Shown here: positions 25,723 to 32,000 of the stretch, in pieces
How the letters are laid out: each line of letters opens with the position of its first letter
How positions within the stretch are numbered: the first letter of the stretch is position 1
Assembly (NCBI GenBank): GCA_964013565.1
Contig: CAXGWU010000012.1
Coordinates: 8,008-40,007, forward strand
Direction: 5' to 3'
Origin: an uncultured Oligoflexia bacterium
GTDB taxonomy: Bacteria > Bdellovibrionota > UBA1018 > UBA6935
DNA: 32,000 nucleotides
Program-made: the position numbers and the translations under genes
The notes under the pieces: generated by a model
Told to the model about the DNA's origin: nothing
What the model saw: only the letters and a program-made list of their open reading frames with translations
Databases searched by the model: none

Positions 25723-26125
25723 CAAAAATGTTTTTTATCCAAATGTAACTTCTGTACCTGTAAAAGAAAAAAATTTAAATAAAACAAGTTCAATTAAAAA
25801 AAGTGAAGTTGATTTTGAAAAAGTTTTTAATCGAGAGATTGAAAAAGGAACTGAATTAAATTCAGTAAAGAATGAATTGAAATTTTCTCAACATGCTACT
25901 CGTAGGTTGAAAGAAAGGTCAATTCCAATGTCAGATGAATTGTTGCATAAAGTTTCTATTGCTGTTGATAAAGCAGCTGCAAAAGGACTTGATGATACAC
26001 TTGTACTGACAAATGACTCAGCTCTTATTGTGAATGCAAAAAATAAGACTGTAGTTACAGCGATGGATCGTAGCCAACTTGAAGGTAATGTTTTTACTAA
26101 TATTGATGGTGCGATTATCGTTTAA
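25715..26125 (+). CDS. small 'flagellar operon protein' found between flgD and flgE (TIGR02530-like, from memory)
   Basis: 136 aa with an 8-nt overlap with flgD. The core FSQHATRRLKERSIPMSDELLHKVSIAVDKAAAKG...VVTAMD matches my recollection of that family. Function unknown. Confidence 0.55.
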   Translation: MVNKNVFYPNVTSVPVKEKNLNKTSSIKKSEVDFEKVFNREIEKGTELNSVKNELKFSQHATRRLKERSIPMSDELLHKVSIAVDKAAAKGLDDTLVLTNDSALIVNAKNKTVVTAMDRSQLEGNVFTNIDGAIIV

Positions 26126-26223
26126 CATAATGTGGCGGCCGGACCCTAACGGGAGGCCTTTGTAGCTCTGATTGATTGATGAGCTATGTTTTTAATAACC
26201 CATTCTAGCAAGGAGGCTTCTCT

Positions 26224-27504
26224 ATGGGTATTCTTTCGTCAATGTATACCGGTGTTACCGGATTAAAAGGTCAAGGTGAGGCTCTAGCGATTTATGGTGA
26301 TAATATTGCCAACGCTAATACCGTCGGATTTAAAACAAGTCGACCTGAATTTCAGGATGTCGTAGCTAAGTCTTTAAAAGGGTTGTTGGGTGGAAATCAG
26401 ATTGGGAGAGGGACAAGGCTTGCTTCTGTAAATCCTATATTCTCTCAAGGGTCAATTATTCAAACAGATTCTCCAACAGATTTATCCATTACCGGTGACG
26501 GTTTTTTTGTTGTTGAAGGTATTGATGGACGAAGTTTTACTCGAAACGGAGCTTTTCATTTCGATAAAGAAGGTGCGTTGATTAACTCTGATGGTTTTAG
26601 AATTTTAGGGTTTCAGGCAGATCCTGAAGGAACCATTACTTCACAGTTGGGGCCAATAAAGGTTACTCAATCAGTCATCGATGCAAAAGGTACAAGCAAT
26701 GTAGAACTTCAGATGAATCTTGATTCCCGAGCAGATTCTCGATTGGAATTTAATGCTGAAAGACCAGAGCGAACCTCTCATTTTGCCACCGGTGCAACTA
26801 TTTATGACTCTGCTGGTACACCCCATGTGCTTACTATGTATTTCAATAAGCAAGATGATGGATCATGGGTTTGGAGAGCAATGGCTAGAGGTGAAGAAAT
26901 TCGAGGAGGAGAAGCTGGAAAAATGATTCAGCAAGCAACAGGTCGTCTTGTTTTTGATAGCAATGGAAAGCTTCAAGAATCGACGACGGATGAAAATTCT
27001 TTTAACTTCAAGTCAGGTGGAGAAGGAGAAGTGATTAATTTCTCTTTTGGTAAACCTACTTCAGAAGGTGGGGATGGAGTTCAAACAACTCAATATGGTA
27101 CTGAATCAGAAGCTTATAAGACTGTTCAAGATGGCTATACAGCAGGAACTCTTGGGGGTTTAAGTTTCAGTGATGATGGTACGTTGGCTGCTAATTATAC
27201 AAATGGTGAGATCATCGATATCGCACAAATTGCTCTTGGAAAATTTGAAAATCCAGAAGGACTATTCAAGATGGGGCAAAATAGATTTCGAGAAAGTCGT
27301 TTGTCAGGTCAGGCGACTGTGGGTGCCCCTCAGACTGGGGGGAGAGGTCGAATTACAGCGAAAACGATTGAATCCTCAACTACAGATATTGCGAATGAAT
27401 TCATTAACTTAATGAATGCTCAGAGGAACTTCCAAGCAAATAGTCGTGTAATTAGCGTGGCTGATGAAATGATGCAAGAAGTTCTTAATATGAAACGAGG
27501 CTAG
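26224..27504 (+). CDS. flgE: flagellar hook protein FlgE
   Basis: 426 aa with strong SD AAGGAGG. N-terminal GLKGQGEALAIYGDNIANANTVGFK and C-terminal STTDIANEFINLMNAQRNFQANSRVISVADEMMQEVLNM. Confidence 0.95.
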   Translation: MGILSSMYTGVTGLKGQGEALAIYGDNIANANTVGFKTSRPEFQDVVAKSLKGLLGGNQIGRGTRLASVNPIFSQGSIIQTDSPTDLSITGDGFFVVEGIDGRSFTRNGAFHFDKEGALINSDGFRILGFQADPEGTITSQLGPIKVTQSVIDAKGTSNVELQMNLDSRADSRLEFNAERPERTSHFATGATIYDSAGTPHVLTMYFNKQDDGSWVWRAMARGEEIRGGEAGKMIQQATGRLVFDSNGKLQESTTDENSFNFKSGGEGEVINFSFGKPTSEGGDGVQTTQYGTESEAYKTVQDGYTAGTLGGLSFSDDGTLAANYTNGEIIDIAQIALGKFENPEGLFKMGQNRFRESRLSGQATVGAPQTGGRGRITAKTIESSTTDIANEFINLMNAQRNFQANSRVISVADEMMQEVLNMKRG

Positions 27505-27516
27505 TTCGAAGGTTAA

Positions 27517-27550
27517 GGGGAGTCAAAAAATAGACTCCCCTGCCTTTTCC
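27517..27550 (+). terminator. rho-independent terminator candidate after flgE
   Basis: GGGGAGTC-aaaaaata-GACTCCCC (8-bp GC-rich stem, 27517-27540) followed by TGCCTTTTCC. The T-tract is imperfect. Confidence 0.55.
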
Positions 27551-27668
27551 TAATCGTCGTTTTTTTGCCAAATAGGTATTAATTGCCGTCTTGTTCTTCT
27601 TCTTAATGGAAGGCAAAATAGTCTTAGGGAAAAGAATATTTTCTTTAGATTATTGAGGTGATTAAGTA

Positions 27669-28247
27669 ATGGCAGATGAAGGAAAAGAGCAACAAGGCGC
27701 TGAGAGTGAAGAAGTTGAGTCATCTGGTGGTGGCAAAGTTCTAGTAATCTTAACCGCATTAAATTTAGTGGTGACCCTTGGTATTGTTGGGGTCCTTTTT
27801 TATTCATTCCAAAAAGAATCTGCAACTCCTGAAATTTCAGATATTCAAGAAGGTGAGTCCGGACATTCAAGTGGTGCTGAAGAGCATGCTGATAATGAAA
27901 AGGGTGAACCTAAAGGAACTCAGACTGGTCATAAGTTTGGGAAAATGATTCAGTTAGAACAGTTTACTGTTAATCTCGCCACAATTGGAAGTTCTGCACC
28001 AAAATATGCAAGAGTTAAAATTTCTCTTGAAGTTCCAGCGGACGATGCTGAAATCGAAGTTACTCAAAAAATGCCTCAAGTTAGAAATACCATAATAGAT
28101 CTATTTAATAGTAAGAGACCTTCTGATTTAGCCAATGCTGAAGGTCGAAATTTTTTAAAGGATGAAATTAAAAACTCAATTAATAGTTTTTTAGTTACAG
28201 GTAAAGTTACAGGAGTGTTCTTCACGAATTTTGCACTAAGTAGTTAA
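27669..28247 (+). CDS. fliL: flagellar basal-body-associated protein FliL
   Basis: 192 aa with SD GAGGTGA. Acidic N-terminus, a single TM (VLVILTALNLVVTLGIVGVLFYSF) and a FliL core (FTVNLA...YARVKISLEV...VRNTIIDLFNSK...LKDEIKNSIN). Confidence 0.85.
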   Translation: MADEGKEQQGAESEEVESSGGGKVLVILTALNLVVTLGIVGVLFYSFQKESATPEISDIQEGESGHSSGAEEHADNEKGEPKGTQTGHKFGKMIQLEQFTVNLATIGSSAPKYARVKISLEVPADDAEIEVTQKMPQVRNTIIDLFNSKRPSDLANAEGRNFLKDEIKNSINSFLVTGKVTGVFFTNFALSS

Positions 28248-28296
28248 GAGTCTTAAAGACAAGGATAGTCTTTAGAATAGCTAGGATGGCGGTATT

Positions 28297-29319
28297 ATGA
28301 ATCAGGTATTATCACAATCAGAAGTAGATGCTCTACTGAGCGCAGTATCCGATGGATCCGAAGATGGGGATATTGGCGAGGCTGGTTCGCTTGGAGATTT
28401 AGATTCGAGTGACTTCTCAGAGTCAGATTTATTAGAAGAATCAGAAGTTACTCCTTATGATTTAACAAATCAAGACAGAGTAATTCGTGGCCGAATGCCT
28501 ACTCTTGATATTATTTATGAGAGATTTATTAGACTCTTTAGAATGAGTCTGTCTAACTCTCTCAGAAAAATTGCTTCAATCAGTATTATTTCTACAGATT
28601 TATTAAAGTTTGGTGAATTCGTAAATACTCTACCTATTCCTAGTTGTATGGCTATCATGAGATTTGAGTCTTTAAGAGGTCCTGCGCTTTTAGTATTCGA
28701 ATCTAAATTGGCTTATGCTCTTGTGGATAGCTATTTCGGTGGAACTGATCGTCCGTTTACTAAAATTGAAGGCAAAGAATTTACTCGAATTGAATTATCT
28801 ATCATGAATAAAGTAATGGAGCTTGCGATAGATGATTTAGAAGAAGCTTGGGCTCCTGTACATAAAGTAAATATCTCATATGTACGTACAGAAGTGAATC
28901 CACAGTTTGTAGGGGTTGTTCCTCCTTCGGATGTAATTATTTCAACTACTTTTGAAGTCGAATTAGAAAATGCGAGTGGAACAATTGCTCTTGTAATTCC
29001 TTACTCAACCATTGAGCCAATTAAAAATAAATTAAATTCTTCCTTTCAAACAGAATCAGAAAGAGTTGATAAAGAATGGACTGCGATGATGGAGGAGCAC
29101 CTCAGAGGTGCCGAAGCAGAAGTTTCTGTAAATTTGGGAACAGCTGAAATTACAGTAGGAGATTTAGTGAATTTAAATATCGGAGACATAATTCCTCTTA
29201 CTCAAGATTCTGATGGAGAACTGGAACTTATCGTAGAAGGAGCAGGAAAGTATAAATGCTTTTTTGGCATTTCCAGAGGTAATAGAGCCGTTCAAATTAC
29301 AAGGAAAGTAGAAGAATAG
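28297..29319 (+). CDS. fliM: flagellar motor switch protein FliM
   Basis: 340 aa with the N-terminal CheY-P-binding motif LSQSEVDALL, a FliM middle domain and a C-terminal SpoA-like domain. Confidence 0.95.
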   Translation: MNQVLSQSEVDALLSAVSDGSEDGDIGEAGSLGDLDSSDFSESDLLEESEVTPYDLTNQDRVIRGRMPTLDIIYERFIRLFRMSLSNSLRKIASISIISTDLLKFGEFVNTLPIPSCMAIMRFESLRGPALLVFESKLAYALVDSYFGGTDRPFTKIEGKEFTRIELSIMNKVMELAIDDLEEAWAPVHKVNISYVRTEVNPQFVGVVPPSDVIISTTFEVELENASGTIALVIPYSTIEPIKNKLNSSFQTESERVDKEWTAMMEEHLRGAEAEVSVNLGTAEITVGDLVNLNIGDIIPLTQDSDGELELIVEGAGKYKCFFGISRGNRAVQITRKVEE

Positions 29320-29332
29320 TAAAAAGGAGAAA

Positions 29333-29740
29333 ATGATGATGATGAACGAAGGTGCAATAGACGAACAAGGATTAGATGATATTGGAGCTGCAATTGAAGC
29401 AGAGGAAGCAGGGACTCCTCAGGCTGCTGCAAATGAAAAAAATAAAAATTCAGACTCGGAAGAAGAAAATAGTGCTCCCATACAGTCATTAGATTTTATT
29501 TTAGATATTCCATTAAAAGTCACTGTGGAGCTTGGTAGATCAAAAATGGCTATAAGAGAAATACTACAATTAGCTCAAGGTTCTGTAGTGGAACTTTCAA
29601 AGTTTGCTGGGGAACCATTAGAGGTTTTAGTAAATGAAAAGTTAGTTGCTCGAGGAGAAGTTGTAGTTGTAAATGAAAAATTTGGCGTAAGATTGACAGA
29701 TATTATTTCGCCAGTGGAAAGAATTGAACAACTTAAATAA
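29333..29740 (+). CDS. fliN: flagellar motor switch protein FliN
   Basis: 135 aa with an acidic N-terminus and a C-terminal SpoA/FliN domain (LDFILDIPLKVTVELGRSKMAIREILQLAQGSVVELSKFAGEPLEVLVNEKLVARGEVVVVNEKFGVRLTDI). Three consecutive ATGs at 29333-29341. Confidence 0.92.
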   Translation: MMMMNEGAIDEQGLDDIGAAIEAEEAGTPQAAANEKNKNSDSEEENSAPIQSLDFILDIPLKVTVELGRSKMAIREILQLAQGSVVELSKFAGEPLEVLVNEKLVARGEVVVVNEKFGVRLTDIISPVERIEQLK

Positions 29741-29744
29741 AACC

Positions 29745-30806
29745 ATGAGGGTTTGGTGTGTGAATAAAAAAACATGGATTGTTATATTTTTATTGTGTCT
29801 TTGTGAGTCTGCTTTTGCGGTTACTAATCTTAAGGATCTTAGAGTAGGCAAAGATGGTTATGTTCATTTGTCTTTTGATAAAAAGCTTTCAGAATCACAA
29901 ATAAAAATAGATACTTTAAGAGATATCGTACAGTTTAGTATTAAAAATGCGACAGTGTATCCGGCTAAAATATTTTCAGTGGACCAAAAAAGCTTAAAAA
30001 AAGTGTTTGCGTATCAATATACTCCAAATGTAATTCGCTGTCGTCTTACTGTTCCTGGGGATTCGAATGACTTTAAAAATAATTTTTCACTGTCTAAAGA
30101 TAGAAAAACACTGACTTTAAAGGTTTCTACCATTGTTAAAAAGGATGAAAAACCTAAAACTCAATCGATTCAAGTATCTCAATCTAAAGCCAGTAATGTT
30201 CAGGAAGCATCTACTTCTGAAAAAGAATTATTAAAAAAATTAATTGAAAATGAAAATGAGAAGCCTTTGTTTTCAGATAAAAGTTCTAATGAAAGAACTA
30301 ATAAAAAGTCTTCAGATGGTTTTTTTGATGGATTTAGTTTTATTGGATTTCTATTTTTACTTTTTATTTTTGGATCCTTTTTATTTAGAAGAAAGATGTT
30401 GGGAAGTTCAAGTAAAGAAGAAAAAAAGAGCTTCTTTTCTGGTTTATTTAAAAAAATGAAAAATGGTGGATTTGCAGGTTCAGATAATATCAAGTTAATA
30501 GAAAAAGTTTTTATTGAACAAAAAAAAGCAATTTCAATTATAGAAATTTATGGAAAGAAATATGCAATAGGAATAACAGATGAAAATCTTTCTCTTATTG
30601 GAATTATTGAAGATGATGCCAATACGTTATTAAATGAAGATGATGAATTTAATAGTCTATTAAATGAAGAATTCTCCAGGCCGACGATATCATCTCCAGT
30701 GGTAAAAAATGAAATGGCTTCTAATCAGATTTCACCTAATCTAGATACGCAATCTAGCGTAAGAGAGCGTATTAAAAAGAGACTTGAAGGATTGAAAGAA
30801 ATATGA
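29745..30806 (+). CDS. fliO: FliO-family export-gate protein with a long N-terminal periplasmic (AMIN-like) extension
   Basis: Lies in the fliO position, and its ATGA overlaps fliP. TM FFDGFSFIGFLFLLFIFGSFLF followed by RRK, then the FliO core IKLIEKVFIEQKKAISIIEIYGKKYAIGITDENLSLIGII. Before the TM come a signal peptide and about 160 periplasmic aa. Start options are TTG 29724 (track), ATG 29745, or GTG 29760, which has GAGGG 8 nt upstream. Confidence 0.65.
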   Translation: MRVWCVNKKTWIVIFLLCLCESAFAVTNLKDLRVGKDGYVHLSFDKKLSESQIKIDTLRDIVQFSIKNATVYPAKIFSVDQKSLKKVFAYQYTPNVIRCRLTVPGDSNDFKNNFSLSKDRKTLTLKVSTIVKKDEKPKTQSIQVSQSKASNVQEASTSEKELLKKLIENENEKPLFSDKSSNERTNKKSSDGFFDGFSFIGFLFLLFIFGSFLFRRKMLGSSSKEEKKSFFSGLFKKMKNGGFAGSDNIKLIEKVFIEQKKAISIIEIYGKKYAIGITDENLSLIGIIEDDANTLLNEDDEFNSLLNEEFSRPTISSPVVKNEMASNQISPNLDTQSSVRERIKKRLEGLKEI

Positions 30807-31582
30807 AGAAATCTTTATTTAAATCTTTCTTTTTTCTATCTTTAGTTTGGTTTTTTTTAGAAAAAACTTCTGTAGCTGCTGGTTACACCCCAGGGACATC
30901 TGGTGTAACTCTTCCATCTCTAAATCTTTCTTTTTCTAACTCTCAAAGTCCTTCAGATGTTGTTTCTGTCTTAAGAATCATTATCTTACTTACTGTCTTG
31001 TCTTTAGCACCTGCGATTTTAATTATGATGACTTCGTTTACTAGAATTGTGGTTGTTTTGAGTTTTTTAAGGCAAAGTTTAGGTACTCAACAAATGCCTC
31101 CAAATCAACTGATAGTGGGCTTGGCTTTGTTTTTGTCTTTTTTTGTAATGGCACCTGTTTGGAATGATATTTCTACAAATGCTCTTCAGCCATTTTTAGA
31201 TGAAAGAATTAGTCAGGATGTAGCCTTTAAGAGAGCAGAGGCTCCTATTCGGCGTTTTATGTTCGCCCAAACAAGAGAAAAAGATCTTGAATTATTTTTA
31301 TCTATGACGACTCAGGTCAAACCAAAAACACGATCGGATGTTCCAACTTATGTTTTAGTTCCGGCATTCGTAATTAGTGAACTTAAAACCGCATTTCAAA
31401 TTGGTTTTATGCTTTATTTACCTTTCTTGGTTTTAGATATGGTGGTTGCCAGCGTTTTAATGGCAATGGGAATGATGATGTTGCCTCCTATGATGATTTC
31501 TCTTCCTTTTAAAATTTTACTTTTTGTTCTCGTTGATGGGTGGGAATTGATTGTAGGGAGTCTAGTCAAGAGCTTTAGTTAG
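30803..31582 (+). CDS. fliP: flagellar biosynthesis protein FliP
   Basis: 259 aa with a cleavable signal peptide and FliP motifs (MMTSFTRIVVVLSFLRQSLGTQQMPPNQ, FVISELKTAFQIGF). Confidence 0.95.
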   Translation: MKKSLFKSFFFLSLVWFFLEKTSVAAGYTPGTSGVTLPSLNLSFSNSQSPSDVVSVLRIIILLTVLSLAPAILIMMTSFTRIVVVLSFLRQSLGTQQMPPNQLIVGLALFLSFFVMAPVWNDISTNALQPFLDERISQDVAFKRAEAPIRRFMFAQTREKDLELFLSMTTQVKPKTRSDVPTYVLVPAFVISELKTAFQIGFMLYLPFLVLDMVVASVLMAMGMMMLPPMMISLPFKILLFVLVDGWELIVGSLVKSFS

Positions 31583-31593
31583 AGGTAAATAAT

Positions 31594-31863
31594 ATGGATG
31601 AATCTGCAGTAATTGAAATTGGAACTCAGGCTATTAAGATCATTGCTTCTCTTGCTGGGCCAATGTTGATTGCAGCAATGTTAGTGGGTATTGCAGTGAG
31701 TGTAATGCAAGCAATAACTCAGATTAATGAAGCTACTCTAACTTTTATTCCTAAAATGATTGCAGTAATTGTTGTTTTAGCTGTTATGGCTCCTTGGATG
31801 CTTGAAACTATTCAAGAATATACAATAATGATATTTACAAATATGGAGCTATGGAAAAAGTAA
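31594..31863 (+). CDS. fliQ: flagellar biosynthesis protein FliQ
   Basis: 89 aa with two TM segments and the FliQ motif (VSVMQAITQINEATLTFIPKMIAV). Confidence 0.95.
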   Translation: MDESAVIEIGTQAIKIIASLAGPMLIAAMLVGIAVSVMQAITQINEATLTFIPKMIAVIVVLAVMAPWMLETIQEYTIMIFTNMELWKK

Positions 31864-32000
31864 ATGGGTCTTTTTGATTTTTCAGAACCAGAATTTTTAA
31901 CTTTTTTTGCTGTTCTTGTAAGAATTAGTATAATTACTTCTGTTTTTCCTGTTCTTGGTGAAAAAGTTATTCCGGTTCCACTTAAAATACTACTTTCTCT
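31864..32000 (+). CDS. fliR: flagellar biosynthesis protein FliR, 5' part (truncated by the window end)
   Basis: ATG at 31864 directly abuts the fliQ stop (TAAATG). The hand translation MGLFDFSEPEFLTFFAVLVRISIITSVFPVLGEKVIPVPLKILLS fits the FliR N-terminus. Confidence 0.85.
   Translation, partial: MGLFDFSEPEFLTFFAVLVRISIITSVFPVLGEKVIPVPLKILLS

Noticed and set aside
27550-27870. 106-aa minus-strand ORF spanning the flgE-fliL gap and the fliL 5' end
   Set aside because: It overlaps the well-supported fliL start and its SD. The product has no motif. It probably exists only because stop codons are rare in that frame.
1-32000. Search by eye for CRISPR arrays, IS/transposase or integrase genes, tRNA/rRNA, toxin-antitoxin pairs or known defence-system signatures
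   Set aside because: None were seen. All ORFs of 60 aa or more are accounted for by housekeeping, envelope or flagellar genes, or by spurious overlapping frames (e.g. 546-752, 2117-2338, 3146-3400, 4244-4444, 4798-4983, 6382-6576, 9818-10065, 11591-11779, 16527-16796, 18914-19099, 20453-20671, 21543-21731, 26671-26926, 27170-27412, 29292-29489, 29575-29851, 30200-30493).

Overview
AT-rich (roughly one-third GC by eye) chromosomal window from a diderm bacterium. The secretin, the Mla lipid-transport genes and the protein sequences look delta-proteobacteria/Bdellovibrionota-like, but taxonomy cannot be verified here. Positions 1-11.9 kb hold mixed housekeeping and envelope genes: a small DUF4911-like ORF coupled to tldD, a reduced Tad-like module, metK, a lone sigma-54-type activator paralog, and mlaE-mlaF-mlaD preceded by a lipoprotein gene. 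The Tad-like module has a 2xT2SSF-like membrane protein on + converging on cpaC-like secretin and cpaF-like ATPase genes on -. Upstream of metK is an unannotated 41-aa basic ORF. Positions 12.1-32 kb form one same-strand block. It starts with a 927-aa secreted beta-domain+TPR protein, translationally coupled to a second sensor-less sigma-54 activator. A tightly packed flagellar cluster follows: flgB-flgC-fliE-fliF-fliG-fliH-fliI-fliJ-(ylxF/MotE-like)-fliK-flgD-(small flagellar-operon protein)-flgE | fliL-fliM-fliN-fliO-fliP-fliQ-fliR (truncated by the window end). I saw no CRISPR array, IS/transposase, integrase, tRNA or rRNA. I did not find an obviously new multi-gene system. The points most worth a second look are listed next. 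(1) The two N-terminally bare bEBPs, one with its GAFTGA loop replaced by GSMPGS. (2) The TPR protein coupled to the flagellar activator. (3) A FliO about three times normal size with an AMIN-like periplasmic domain. (4) The pilin-less secretin/ATPase/platform trio. (5) Several structured non-coding regions. All functional calls rest on motif recognition by eye, and no database search was run.
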